Numbered from the stretch's first letter, positions 8,508 through 19,055 are shown. The stretch: 64,000 nt of DNA from Candidatus Dojkabacteria bacterium (GCA_014729085.1 WJKM01000009.1:61973-125972), one strand, 5' to 3'. Notes: a model not told the origin generated them from the sequence alone. Numbers and translations: made by a program.

Positions 8508-10610
8508 ATGTCCACTGCCCTTGTTCTTGGAAATGGAAGTATGTTAGTCAATATAAATGATCTTTGTCAGGTTACTGACTTTTATTTCCCTTATGTGGGA
8601 CAGGAAAATCACTTATCAACTTTCGTAAATAAACTTTTTTTTCGTATCAATGGTGAATTCGTCCAAATTACTAGGAATAATTTTGATATTGACATCAATT
8701 ACCAGGAAGATTCACTTGTTGGGCATACAAAATTAAAACACAAAAAAACAGGTCTTGAAATAGATTTAATTGACCTTGTGATTCAGAACGATCAGATATT
8801 CCTTCGAAATTTTGAAATCAAAAATAATACCAAAAATCCCATTGAGATATATGTTTATTTTCAAAATAATTTTGCAATTTATTCTTATGATATTGGGGAT
8901 ACAACTGTGTGGTATCAACCGGGAAGATGTTTGGTGCATTATAAACAGAATCGTTATGTAGGTATTGGAAGCACAAAAAAGATTTATCAGTTTACGTGTG
9001 CTGCAAGAACGGATAATGATAATAGAGGAGCATATCCAGACTTAAAAACCGGTGAACTTAATTTTAATCCAATTAGCAATGGAAGCGTGAATTCTTGTGT
9101 TTCATATAAGTTTAACATTCCTCCAGGAGAAACAATGGGATCTAATTATTTCAATGTAACGGGGATGAGTTTTCAACAATTGGAAAAAAGTATAGATAAC
9201 ATTACTTCATGCGATCTGGGAAATACCTGTAAGTCAACAGTAAAATATTGGCAGAATTGGGTTAGATCTAAATCAAATATACTTTTTAGGACTAAAGGAA
9301 CTCCAAGTTTTTTTGGTGAATATGATTTAGATTCGAGAATTTACTCTTTATACAAAAGATCCTTATTAACGATTAGAACACAAATTGATAATGGAGGGGC
9401 GATCATCGCAGCCAATGATGGTAGATATTTGAAAGAAGGCGGGAAAGATACTTATTCATATTTTTGGCCTAGAGATGGTGCTTACATCATTTTGGCTTTG
9501 ATAGAATGTGGATTTAAGGAATTATCGGATGAATATTTTGAATATATTGAAAACCTTTTAACTCCTGAAGGATATTTTCTTCATAAATATTACCCACATA
9601 GTCGAGAAGGCAGAAGTGCATTGGGTAGTAGCTGGCATCCTTGGGTAGATAATTCGGGGAGTCTTCAGGAACCTATACAGGAAGATGAAACAGCTTTGAA
9701 TGTTTATGCTATTTGGAAACATTATGAACACTTCGCAGATCAAGAGTTTTTGAAAAAATATTGGAACAGCTTGATATTTCCAATGGCAAATTTTTTGGGA
9801 AATTACAGGTATACAATTGTTTATGATGCTCCCGACATTCAGGATTATGTTAGTGGTTTTCCTGAAATTGCAAAAGAGGATGAATTTATTAAAACTTATT
9901 CAGGTTCAAAGCTTCCAAAAGCTAGTTATGATTTATGGGAAGAGAGAAGAGGTATTAGTGCTTTTACCTGTTCAACTGTTTATGCTGGATTATTAGCTGC
10001 TTCTAATTTAAGTGAAGTTTTTGGAAGAACGGACTTGAAACAGATTTTTTTGAATTATGCTAATGAAATTAAAGAAGCAACTATCAATTATCTTTTCAAT
10101 GAAGATTTAGGAAGGTTTATAACACATATAATTTGTGATTCAAATACGAGTCAACCGGTAATAGATACAAAATTAGACGCCTCTTTGTATTCACTATGGC
10201 ATTTCGGCCTACTAGATGTAAACGATCCAAGAATAGAAAAAACAATGTGGGAAGTAGAAGACAAATTAACTGTAAGATCAGAAATTGGCGGTATTGCAAG
10301 ACGGGAAAATGATCATTACAATACTATAGATTCAAATTTAGTTGGAAATCCTTGGTTTATTTGCACATTATGGTTAGCTCAATATTGGACTCAGAAAGAT
10401 AATTACGATAAAGCAAAGAAGTATATTAGATGGGCAGTAGATCACGCAGATAAAAGTGGATTAATGGCCGAGCAGGCTCATCCTCATACAGGTCATGGAG
10501 AGTCGGTCAAACCGTTGACTTGGAGTCATGGGGCATTTGTTAGAACCATAAACATGCTTTGGGGAAAGATTTATAAAGGTACGTATCAAATCCCCGGAAG
10601 CAAGGATTAG
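8508..10610 (+). CDS. GH15 glucoamylase (glucan 1,4-alpha-glucosidase)
   Basis: LGNGSMLVN, DFYFPYVGQENH, YSYFWPRDG, QEDETA, SYDLWEER, GNPWFICTLW and PLTWSH motifs. Confidence 0.92.
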   Translation: MSTALVLGNGSMLVNINDLCQVTDFYFPYVGQENHLSTFVNKLFFRINGEFVQITRNNFDIDINYQEDSLVGHTKLKHKKTGLEIDLIDLVIQNDQIFLRNFEIKNNTKNPIEIYVYFQNNFAIYSYDIGDTTVWYQPGRCLVHYKQNRYVGIGSTKKIYQFTCAARTDNDNRGAYPDLKTGELNFNPISNGSVNSCVSYKFNIPPGETMGSNYFNVTGMSFQQLEKSIDNITSCDLGNTCKSTVKYWQNWVRSKSNILFRTKGTPSFFGEYDLDSRIYSLYKRSLLTIRTQIDNGGAIIAANDGRYLKEGGKDTYSYFWPRDGAYIILALIECGFKELSDEYFEYIENLLTPEGYFLHKYYPHSREGRSALGSSWHPWVDNSGSLQEPIQEDETALNVYAIWKHYEHFADQEFLKKYWNSLIFPMANFLGNYRYTIVYDAPDIQDYVSGFPEIAKEDEFIKTYSGSKLPKASYDLWEERRGISAFTCSTVYAGLLAASNLSEVFGRTDLKQIFLNYANEIKEATINYLFNEDLGRFITHIICDSNTSQPVIDTKLDASLYSLWHFGLLDVNDPRIEKTMWEVEDKLTVRSEIGGIARRENDHYNTIDSNLVGNPWFICTLWLAQYWTQKDNYDKAKKYIRWAVDHADKSGLMAEQAHPHTGHGESVKPLTWSHGAFVRTINMLWGKIYKGTYQIPGSKD

Positions 10611-11056
10611 TTTTCTTCGTATTCGAAAATTTTGTTAATTCGTCTTAGGTGTCTACCTTTGTCAAATCGAGTATTCAACCAGATTTCAATTATATTTTTC
10701 ATTTCTTCAATCTTCATAAAATCAGCTGATAGACACAAAATATTCGAATTGTGGTGTTGTCTATCTATAATCGCTTCCTTCGGAGTTCGTGGATTTGAGG
10801 CAATTATCCCTTTTACTTTGTTTGCAGCTACCATGATTCCAATGGAGCTTCCACATATCAGTACTCCTCTTGCACCAAAATTTTTTGAAACTTCCTCTGC
10901 TACTTTGAAGGCAAAATCAGGGTAGTCATCTTTTGGATTGAGTTCATAAGCACCTTTGTCTTCCACAACGAAATTTTTTTCTAGATATTCTTTAATTAAT
11001 TCCTTTTTATCAAAACCCCTATGGTCTGCTCCTATATAAATTTTTGAAATTTTCAT
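10607..11056 (-). CDS. rpiB: Ribose-5-phosphate isomerase B
   Basis: GADHRG, DDYPD, LICGSSIG, ANKVKGI, HNSNILCL and GRHLRRINKI motifs. Confidence 0.92.
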   Translation of the reverse strand: MKISKIYIGADHRGFDKKELIKEYLEKNFVVEDKGAYELNPKDDYPDFAFKVAEEVSKNFGARGVLICGSSIGIMVAANKVKGIIASNPRTPKEAIIDRQHHNSNILCLSADFMKIEEMKNIIEIWLNTRFDKGRHLRRINKIFEYEEN

Positions 11057-11083
11057 TAGTTGAGAATTTGTGAAAATTAATTA

Positions 11084-11716
11084 CTATTCTAACTCAAATT
11101 TAAAATTTTCAATTTGTTTTCTTGGTCTATTTTGTATTGGATCAAAGATTTGCCAGAATAAATGGGTTGATAAAACAATATAATCAACTCCAATTTTAAA
11201 AGCATTATTTAGTTGAGCTATGTTGGTTACCTCGTCTATACCTATTTTAGTTTGAAAGCCATAAATATCATATGCTCTACAAATTGCTTCTATAATATCG
11301 AAATCGATTTGTTTGTTTTTAATATCTGTCACAGAGATTGTAATATTTTGTATACCAGCCTTTGCAGCTAGTGTTGCTTGAGAAACATTTTGAATGGATG
11401 TTATACAAGTATTTATTTTTTGATGTTCCAATACTTGAGCAGCTTTTATTGTATTTTCGCTCAGATTCATTTTAATTACAGTATCCTTTGCAACCTTTGC
11501 TAGCTTTTTGGATTCGGAGATTATATCGTCAAACTCATATGCATTATTTTGAATTGTAATTGGTAAATCAATTTCTTTTAATATGGATTTAATATGGTCT
11601 TTATATGAGGTTTTATTGTCTGTGTGGAAATACTCTGTATCTATGCCATCAATCAAACCGGTTGCATAAACTCGGCTAAGATCCTTAATTTGGCCGGCTT
11701 TTAAATAGATATACAT
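11084..11716 (-). CDS. Transaldolase/FSA-fold protein with a degenerate active site
   Basis: Length (210 aa) and pattern (GLIDG, VIKM, SQATLAAKAG, YGFQTKI, GVDY) match TalC/FSA, but the DTA, TTNP, SPFVGR and ASIR motifs are absent. Confidence 0.75.
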   Translation of the reverse strand: MYIYLKAGQIKDLSRVYATGLIDGIDTEYFHTDNKTSYKDHIKSILKEIDLPITIQNNAYEFDDIISESKKLAKVAKDTVIKMNLSENTIKAAQVLEHQKINTCITSIQNVSQATLAAKAGIQNITISVTDIKNKQIDFDIIEAICRAYDIYGFQTKIGIDEVTNIAQLNNAFKIGVDYIVLSTHLFWQIFDPIQNRPRKQIENFKFELE

Positions 11717-11804
11717 AGAATTTCAGATTTGACTTATTAGTATATGATAAATGATGTAAAGTGAGATATCAATATGATTATATCTATTACAAAAATATAC
11801 TAAA

Positions 11805-12317
11805 TTATTTCCTAGATTTAAAAAGAAGTTTTTTCTTGTGTTTTTCTATATTAATAAAATCATCCGCAATTTCAATAAGTTCTTTGTTTGCAGTTGATTC
11901 AAATGCTGCAATTTCTACCAAACAACCAAGGGCATGTTGAAGGTAATTTACAACAGGTCGAAAATCACCATCCCCTGAGACTAAAACAATTGAATCAACC
12001 TTAATACCAATTCTGATTGCATCCATAGCAATACCTAAATCCCAATCACCTTTTTTAGCTCCGCCAAAAAATGTTTGCAAAGGTTTTTCTTTCACTTCAA
12101 ATCCGGAATTATTTAAAGCGTCAAAAAAACTTTGCTCTGTTTTTTGTTCTGATTTGATTACATAAGCAATAGCTCTAACTAAGAGTCTATTACTGACGGT
12201 TAATTTTAATAGATTTTTAAAATTAACACGTGCTTTATATAGATTTCTTGCCGAATAATACATATTTTGAACATCAACAAGAACTGCAACTCTTTGGTCT
12301 GGATTCTTTACTATCAT
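11805..12317 (-). CDS. NYN-domain (LabA/DUF88) protein
   Basis: VDVQNMY, KGDWDLGIAMDA and VSGDGDF motifs. Confidence 0.92.
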   Translation of the reverse strand: MIVKNPDQRVAVLVDVQNMYYSARNLYKARVNFKNLLKLTVSNRLLVRAIAYVIKSEQKTEQSFFDALNNSGFEVKEKPLQTFFGGAKKGDWDLGIAMDAIRIGIKVDSIVLVSGDGDFRPVVNYLQHALGCLVEIAAFESTANKELIEIADDFINIEKHKKKLLFKSRK

Positions 12318-12497
12318 GGTGTTATTAATAAAATATTAGAATGTCTTTATTTATTATAAAGGATTTTAAATATGTATGGATTATAAAAGTATTATACTAT
12401 CCATTTCATATTTCGAGATTTATGCTATGCAGAATTGATGAATACAAAGTAAATAAGGGTAATGAGATTTGCAAGCAGATGTAGAGTACGTAAATTA

Positions 12498-13739
12498 CTA
12501 TTTGGAATATTTATCAATTAGTCTGTTAATAGAGTCCAATCCTTTTTTAATCGTTTTGAGTTCAGAACTGTAACTAATACGTACATAGTTTTGATATTTT
12601 CTATTTTTTCTTTTTGAATGTGGATTCAAATCGAAAAAGATACCAGGAACCACAATGAAATTTTCTTCAAGTCCTTTTTGAAAAAATTTCATCCCATCAT
12701 TCAAAGGTTTGGGTAGATCTTTAAGGTTTGCCCAAATATAAAAGGCTCCCTCCGGTTTGTTATCAATTTTAATGTTCATAGCTTTTAAACGTTTTATCAT
12801 GTAATCTCTTTTATTTCTGAAATGGGTTTTTATCGCTTTACTTTCCTTTCTTAGTTGGTCAAGTTTTAAAAGATTCAATGCAGCATTTTGAAGTGGATGA
12901 TTGGCTCCACCATCAAGAAAAGATCCAGTACTAGTTATTAAGTCTTGGATATCTTTTGGTGCAATAGCCCAGCAAATTCTCCATCCTGGATATCGCCATG
13001 GTTTTGTTAAACCAGCAATAATAACAACAGGATCAGAATTGACGTCCTTAATATATTTCTGTGCAGAAACATAATTCTCACTATCGATGAAAATATAATT
13101 AAAATAAAATTCATCCAGAATTAAGGTAAACTCCATTTCTTTTGCAATTTCGACTAATTTTTTAAGTGAATCTCCATATAACAGATTACCAGTTGGGTTT
13201 GTAGGATTACTAAGCAGAAGTGCTTTTATTTTATTTTCTTCAATAAATTCTTTAAGTCTATCTAAATTAATTTTAAAGTGATTTTTGGACTCTAATTCAT
13301 AGGCAATTGGGTTAATATTATTGAATACACTTAAAATCCCTTCATAAGAAGCATAATCCGGTAGAAAGTAACCAACATTAATCTGTTCCATAGAAGCAAA
13401 AATTCTTGAAAGTGCAACCCTTCCTCCTCCGGCAATGGATACGTTTTCAAGACTAAGCTTACTATCCAGATCTTTCCGGAAAAGATTATTGTAAATATTG
13501 GCAACTGATTTACGTAATTCTTTTACACCTGCAACTGGAGCATAACCATGATTTATCTGAGGAATTTTTACTTCTGAAATTCTAGGAGGGCAATTTTGTA
13601 TCATCCCCAATTCAGGAGCTCCTTGACCTAGATTAGCCCATTTTTTATTTCCATAGTAAAACCCTTTTTTTGATGCTTTCTCCATTACATAAATAACCCC
13701 TGCCTTACCATTTTTTTTGAAAGTTTGAATTTTGTCCAC
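12498..13739 (-). CDS. PLP-dependent class I/II aminotransferase
   Basis: NLGQGAPE, SNPTNPTG, LILDEFY, GLTKPWRYPGWRI (PLP Lys), PEGAFY and VRISY motifs; GTG start. Confidence 0.9.
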   Translation of the reverse strand: MDKIQTFKKNGKAGVIYVMEKASKKGFYYGNKKWANLGQGAPELGMIQNCPPRISEVKIPQINHGYAPVAGVKELRKSVANIYNNLFRKDLDSKLSLENVSIAGGGRVALSRIFASMEQINVGYFLPDYASYEGILSVFNNINPIAYELESKNHFKINLDRLKEFIEENKIKALLLSNPTNPTGNLLYGDSLKKLVEIAKEMEFTLILDEFYFNYIFIDSENYVSAQKYIKDVNSDPVVIIAGLTKPWRYPGWRICWAIAPKDIQDLITSTGSFLDGGANHPLQNAALNLLKLDQLRKESKAIKTHFRNKRDYMIKRLKAMNIKIDNKPEGAFYIWANLKDLPKPLNDGMKFFQKGLEENFIVVPGIFFDLNPHSKRKNRKYQNYVRISYSSELKTIKKGLDSINRLIDKYSK

Positions 13740-13889
13740 TTTTACAATTTTTAAAATTTAGCGATTGATTATATATCAAGTATGTAACGAAAGACAAGGG
13801 GGATATTTTAAATATGATTAAATGGATAAGAAAATATAATAGTTTTACAGATTAAAGTTTAAGATGGATAAAGTATTTTTGGAAAGTTA

Positions 13890-15257
13890 TTATTGGCTTA
13901 TTAGCTTTATTTGGGTTAAATGTTTGAAGCCATACACCCCATGCTCTCTACCGATCCCCGAAAGTTTGCAACCACCAAAAGGATTTGAGGGGCTGGAGGT
14001 TTTACCTTGATTAATCTCAATCATACCGGCATTGATTCTGTCAGCCACTCTTTCGGCTTGCTTGATGTCTTTTGTATATACTTGAGCACCAAGTCCATAG
14101 ATTGTATCATTTGCAAGTTCGATAGCTTCTTCTTCAGATTGAAAACTTACAATTGGAAGTACCGGTCCAAAGGTTTCTTCCTTCCATATTTTCATATTAC
14201 ACGAGATTTTTGTAACAATAGTAGGGAGATAATATGCACCTTTGAGATTTTCAGGTATTTTCCCACCAGTAATCACATTAGCTCCTTTCTCTCTAGCTTT
14301 ATTAATTTGTTGCATTAATACTTTTCTTTGCTCAAAGGAAGCTAAGGGTCCCATCTCACATTCTGAACTATTAGGGTTACCAATTTTAATCGTTTCAGTC
14401 AACTTTTTTAGTTCAGTTACAACTTCATTGAAAACGGATTTGTGCACAATAAGTCTTTTGACAGCTGTACAGTATTGTCCGCAGTTTGCAAATCTTTTAC
14501 GAAATACTTTGTTAACGTTAGCCTTAAGTTTATAATCGTCAAAGATAATTGCTGGATTAGAACCACCCATTTCTAGGAGTGAGGGTATAAATTTTTTCCC
14601 AGCTAATTTGAACAAAAATTGTCCTGTTTTAGAACTGCCTGTAAACCAAATAAAATTTATATTGTTATTTACCAGTATTCTACCTTGTTTAGCACCGCCA
14701 TATATTTCCTGGAAAACGAAATTTGGAAGTGTAGAGTCAGAAATGATCTCTTCAAGTAACTTTCCTGTTAGCGGACAAAGCTCAGAATGTTTTAGGACTA
14801 CAGTATTCCCTGAAAGTAAAGTAGGAATAACTCCCCAGATAAAAAGCATGAAAGGAAAGTTCCAAGGTAGAATAACAGCCGTAGTTCCATAAGGAATGTA
14901 TTTGATTGAGTGTTTTATTCCATTTTCAGTTTTTTGATTTGGTCTCAGAAATTGCTCTGCATTATCGAGATAGTATTTGAAATATACTAATCCTTTTTCT
15001 AATTCGACTATGCTTTCATTTATCGGCTTTCCAATTTCAGTAGTAATGAGTTGAGCAATTTCCTTTTTCCTTTTACTGAATTTTTCATAAATCATTTTAA
15101 GCAGATCTATCTTTTTTTTGATTGGTAGGAATTTCCAATCCGACTTTACTTTGTTCGAATTTGAGACTATTGTGGATATTTCAGATTTTGTTGAACATTC
15201 AATTTCTCCAATTTTATCTTCAACTGTTGCAGGATTATAAGAAATGACTTTACTCAT
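13890..15257 (-). CDS. NAD(P)-dependent aldehyde dehydrogenase (SSADH-like)
   Basis: PWNFP, LKHSE, FTGS, LEMGGSNP, NCGQYC (catalytic Cys), EETFGP and PFGG..SGIGRE motifs. Confidence 0.93.
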   Translation of the reverse strand: MSKVISYNPATVEDKIGEIECSTKSEISTIVSNSNKVKSDWKFLPIKKKIDLLKMIYEKFSKRKKEIAQLITTEIGKPINESIVELEKGLVYFKYYLDNAEQFLRPNQKTENGIKHSIKYIPYGTTAVILPWNFPFMLFIWGVIPTLLSGNTVVLKHSELCPLTGKLLEEIISDSTLPNFVFQEIYGGAKQGRILVNNNINFIWFTGSSKTGQFLFKLAGKKFIPSLLEMGGSNPAIIFDDYKLKANVNKVFRKRFANCGQYCTAVKRLIVHKSVFNEVVTELKKLTETIKIGNPNSSECEMGPLASFEQRKVLMQQINKAREKGANVITGGKIPENLKGAYYLPTIVTKISCNMKIWKEETFGPVLPIVSFQSEEEAIELANDTIYGLGAQVYTKDIKQAERVADRINAGMIEINQGKTSSPSNPFGGCKLSGIGREHGVYGFKHLTQIKLISQ

Positions 15258-15330
15258 TATTAACAAGATAATGATTTAACAATAAATCTAACTAATATTA
15301 ACAATCCATTGAAAACATAGGTTCCAATAT

Positions 15331-16056
15331 TTATTTAGAAGTGTAGCTTTCATTTAATAGATTTAATCTTTCTTCGTATACTTCTTTTATTTCTGGGTCA
15401 ATACTTCTTTTTGAAGCTTCAGTAAGTAATTCTCGAGCTAGTTCTTTATCACCATTGCAGTCAGTTAGAAAAATCCCTGCATTCCCATAAAGTTTCCTTT
15501 TATCCATTTCGTCTATGTCTTCTAAGTTTGCAAGTTCTTTTGAATATTTGACTACTTGCTTACATTCATCTTGAAGATAATGAATTTGAGCTAGTTTAGA
15601 AAGGGTGAAAGGAGAGTTGGGATATTCACGATAAACTTTTTGACAAGTTTCCAAAGCTTGCTCAAGTTCATTTAAGTGGATAAGAATATAGCATTTCATA
15701 TCAAGAAGTGCAGGTTCTTCAGGATCGTATTCTAGGGCTTTGTTTGTAGTTTCATACGCTTCTGCATAATTTCCTTCAGCATCAAGATCTTCCGCTTTAT
15801 AATATAAATCTACCGCTTTGGAACTTAAATCTTTAAGAAGGAAATAAGTTGCTTCGTTATCATTCTTATCAAATTGGGTAGAATCCTTGAGACTTTTACT
15901 TTCATAATCATTAGTAATGTCTAAGCTTGTATCAAAGTTTTGTGCCACTAAAGCAAAAAAAGTAGGAGCACAACACAGCAGTCCGCAAATTAATAATAAA
16001 AAAAATATTCCAATGAAAATAATAAGATTTGTATTTGATTTTGTTTTTGTAGACAT
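15331..16056 (-). CDS. Membrane-anchored TPR protein
   Basis: N-terminal TM followed by TPR-like helices (GNYAEAYETTNKALEYDP). Confidence 0.75.
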   Translation of the reverse strand: MSTKTKSNTNLIIFIGIFFLLLICGLLCCAPTFFALVAQNFDTSLDITNDYESKSLKDSTQFDKNDNEATYFLLKDLSSKAVDLYYKAEDLDAEGNYAEAYETTNKALEYDPEEPALLDMKCYILIHLNELEQALETCQKVYREYPNSPFTLSKLAQIHYLQDECKQVVKYSKELANLEDIDEMDKRKLYGNAGIFLTDCNGDKELARELLTEASKRSIDPEIKEVYEERLNLLNESYTSK

Positions 16057-16075
16057 TTTACTTATAAATTTAAAT

Positions 16076-17326
16076 TTATTTTTTATTTAATTTGCATCTA
16101 CCCAAATCTTTATGGGCTTTAACAAAAGTTCTGCTAGCAAATGCAGCATGAAGACTAATTTCTCCTGCCAGTACAGCAGTTCCAATAATTTCGGCTAATT
16201 TTTGGGTAAGATTTATTTCTTTTTCTTCTTTTTCTTTTAAATTTTTACTTATGTTGGATAGAATTATTTTTTGACATTCGTTCTGAGTTGCAAGCGTTGT
16301 TCCTCCTCCTACTGTAGCAATATTTAATGAGGGGATTCGAGTATGTATATAAAGTCCTTCCTTATTTTTTTCCATATTTAGAGATGCAAGACTTCCACCA
16401 ACTACTTGAGCTGGATCCTGACCTGTGGCAATAAATATTGCAGCAAGCATATTAGCTGCATGTGCATTGAATCCAAAGCTTCCTGCCATTTGACCACCAA
16501 GCCAAATTTTGTTTTTGTTAACCTCTAGAATATCTTCGGGATTGGATTTCAGGTATTTTTTAACTATATTTTGAGGAACTGTAACTTCTGCTTCAACGAT
16601 TCTACCTCTTCCTTTAATAGTATTGATATATGCTGGTTTTTTATCTATACACATATTCCCCGAAATTGCAATAGTTTTTATGCCTTTATATTCTGTCTCA
16701 ATCCAAGAACATATTTTTTTTGTTGCAATAACTGCCATATTCATACCCATTGCATCACCGGTATCAAATACAAACCTAATCCAGATATTTTTACCATTCG
16801 AATAAAACTCATATTCCTTTATTGTTAAATATTTGTCAGTTTGATCACCAACTTTTTTGATCTTTTTAAAGTTATCTTTAAACCATTTCTCAAATTTTGA
16901 GGCTTCTTTGATATTTTTGACTCTGAAAAGAGGAGCACGGGTAATTCCAACATATTTTGATGTGACAGTTGCACCTCCTGATTCTCTTATTATCTTTGAT
17001 CCTCTATTAACACTTGCAACTAAAGCTCCCTCTGTAGTTGCAAGGGGAATTAAATATTCCCCATTTGCATGATTGCCTTTGACAGTCATAGGACCTGCAA
17101 TGCCTATTGGCAAACATGCTCCTCCAATTACATTTTCGCAATTACGTCCATAAATTTTTTTAGGGGAGAATGGAAATTTTGAGAGTGAGTCAAGTTTAGC
17201 ATTAATAAGATCTGCAATATATTCTCTTCGAATTTCTATAGCTTTGTTATGATCAGTATATTTCTCAATTTCATAAAGTTTAATCTTATTTTGATTCAAT
17301 TGTTTAATTATATCTTTCTTCTTCAT
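16076..17326 (-). CDS. hmgA: Class I (NADPH) HMG-CoA reductase
   Basis: CENVIG, TTEGALVAS, DAMGMNM, SGNMCIDKKP, GQDPAQ and TVGGGT motifs, with the C-terminal His. Alternative GTG start at 17338. Confidence 0.95.
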   Translation of the reverse strand: MKKKDIIKQLNQNKIKLYEIEKYTDHNKAIEIRREYIADLINAKLDSLSKFPFSPKKIYGRNCENVIGGACLPIGIAGPMTVKGNHANGEYLIPLATTEGALVASVNRGSKIIRESGGATVTSKYVGITRAPLFRVKNIKEASKFEKWFKDNFKKIKKVGDQTDKYLTIKEYEFYSNGKNIWIRFVFDTGDAMGMNMAVIATKKICSWIETEYKGIKTIAISGNMCIDKKPAYINTIKGRGRIVEAEVTVPQNIVKKYLKSNPEDILEVNKNKIWLGGQMAGSFGFNAHAANMLAAIFIATGQDPAQVVGGSLASLNMEKNKEGLYIHTRIPSLNIATVGGGTTLATQNECQKIILSNISKNLKEKEEKEINLTQKLAEIIGTAVLAGEISLHAAFASRTFVKAHKDLGRCKLNKK

Positions 17327-17347
17327 AAATATAGCCACTTATTTAAA

Positions 17348-18400
17348 TTATTTTTCGAAATTCCAAAAGCAATCTTTACGTTTGGTCACTTTGTGTTTTG
17401 AGAGTTGTTTTAAATTTTTTGCACCAGATAAAAACATTGCCGTTCTTAATTCATCCTTATATCCTTGAATTATTTTCATGACAGCTTCTGGTGATTGAGT
17501 TGCTGCTTTTAGGAAAGGACGGGCAGATGTAGCCATGTTAGCTCCTAATGCAATAGAGATTGCTATGTGCAATCCACTACGTACTCCTCCTCCTGCAATT
17601 ATATTTAGTCCTTTTATTTTTTTTAGGTCTAATATAGCTTCAGGTGTTGGAATACCCTGAGAACGAAATATATAACCAAGATTACCTTGGGTCCTTTTTT
17701 CTTTATGTTTTAGTCTTCTATAACCTTCAATTAATGCCCAGCTAGTTCCACCAGTTCCAGAAACATCTATCCATTTTACTCCTATTTCGTATAATCTTTT
17801 AGCTGTTTTATAATCTATACCATGACCTACTTCTTTAATAATAACTGGAATTTCCAATTTTGTTACAATTTTTTCGAATTTGTTTAATAAATTTTTGTAA
17901 TTTTTATTGCCCTCGGGTTGAATTGCTTCTTGTAGATGATTAATATGAAAAAAGATCCCGTCTGCCGAGACCTTATCAATTAGATTTTGGATATCATCGT
18001 ATTTCATACCATAGTTAAGTTGCACAATACCCAGATTAGTAAACATAGGTATATTCGGACAATGTTTTTTAACATCAAAACTAGATAAAGTTTCTGGCTT
18101 TTCATAAACTATGCGCATGGATCCAAGTCCAAAACCAATTTTTTCTTCTTCACATGCGATAGCAATATTCGTATTTATCTTTTTAGCAAGTTGACTCCCA
18201 CCTGTCATTGAAGAAATATAAAAGGGAAATGAAAGTGGAAAACCAAAGAAGGAAAAATTTGTTTCTATTTCATTCATATCAATCTCTGGCATAGAAACAT
18301 AATCCAAAAAGTACTGCGACAGATATGAAAAATGAGGTTCTACGTCCTCATGCAATACGATATCTAAGTGTTCGTTTTTCCTTTTACGAATTTTGTTCAT
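17348..18400 (-). CDS. fni: Type 2 isopentenyl-diphosphate isomerase (FMN-dependent)
   Basis: RKNEHL, SMTGG, LGSMR, HINHLQEAIQPEG, IIKEVGHG, GTGGTSW and GGVRSG motifs. Alternative start at 18424. Confidence 0.95.
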   Translation of the reverse strand: MNKIRKRKNEHLDIVLHEDVEPHFSYLSQYFLDYVSMPEIDMNEIETNFSFFGFPLSFPFYISSMTGGSQLAKKINTNIAIACEEEKIGFGLGSMRIVYEKPETLSSFDVKKHCPNIPMFTNLGIVQLNYGMKYDDIQNLIDKVSADGIFFHINHLQEAIQPEGNKNYKNLLNKFEKIVTKLEIPVIIKEVGHGIDYKTAKRLYEIGVKWIDVSGTGGTSWALIEGYRRLKHKEKRTQGNLGYIFRSQGIPTPEAILDLKKIKGLNIIAGGGVRSGLHIAISIALGANMATSARPFLKAATQSPEAVMKIIQGYKDELRTAMFLSGAKNLKQLSKHKVTKRKDCFWNFEK

Positions 18401-18484
18401 TTTGTATTTAATTTTATATTTCATGAATTATATCGTATATTTACTATAAATTCATATATAATAATAAATCAAGATTAAATTTTT

Positions 18485-18916
18485 ATGTTACGAAAAATGA
18501 AAAAAGAGCGATATTCATTATTTTCAGATGGAGGAGCAAGAGGCAATCCAGGGCCTGCAGGTATTGGCTTTCTAGTATTCAAAGGTAAAAAACTTATAAA
18601 ATTCGATGGCAAATATATTGGTATCTCTACAAACAACAAAGCGGAATACAAAGCTTTAATTATGGGTTTGAAACAGATACAGAAATTAAATATTAAGGAA
18701 ATAGTTTGCTATTTAGATAGTGAGTTAATAGTTAAACAAATCAAGGGTGAATATAAAGTCAAGAGTCCTGACCTGAAGCCTCTTTTTGAAACCGTACAAA
18801 CATATTTATCTAAAATTAAAAATATTTCTTTTGTTCATATACCAAGATCTTCTAATTCATTCGCAGATAAACTTGCCAATATTGCCCTTGATGCAGCTGA
18901 AGACTCACAAAAATAG
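18485..18916 (+). CDS. rnhA: Ribonuclease HI (archaeal-like subfamily)
   Basis: DGGARGNPGPAG, TNNKAEY, DSELIVKQ..GEYKVK and N..ADKLAN motifs. Confidence 0.92.
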   Translation: MLRKMKKERYSLFSDGGARGNPGPAGIGFLVFKGKKLIKFDGKYIGISTNNKAEYKALIMGLKQIQKLNIKEIVCYLDSELIVKQIKGEYKVKSPDLKPLFETVQTYLSKIKNISFVHIPRSSNSFADKLANIALDAAEDSQK

Positions 18917-19055
18917 ATCATAAATACTTGAATGAGATATAATTATTGGGATAAACTAATTAGGGCAATATTAATTATTATTGTTACAAAAAACCATTTT
19001 GATTCTGACCATGTAAAGAGTTATTTAATAAATCAATTTAACTAAGAGAATATAA

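Noticed and set aside
11805-12317. NYN protein as a toxin or defence nuclease
   Set aside because: It is a stand-alone LabA/DUF88 gene with no antitoxin or defence neighbours.
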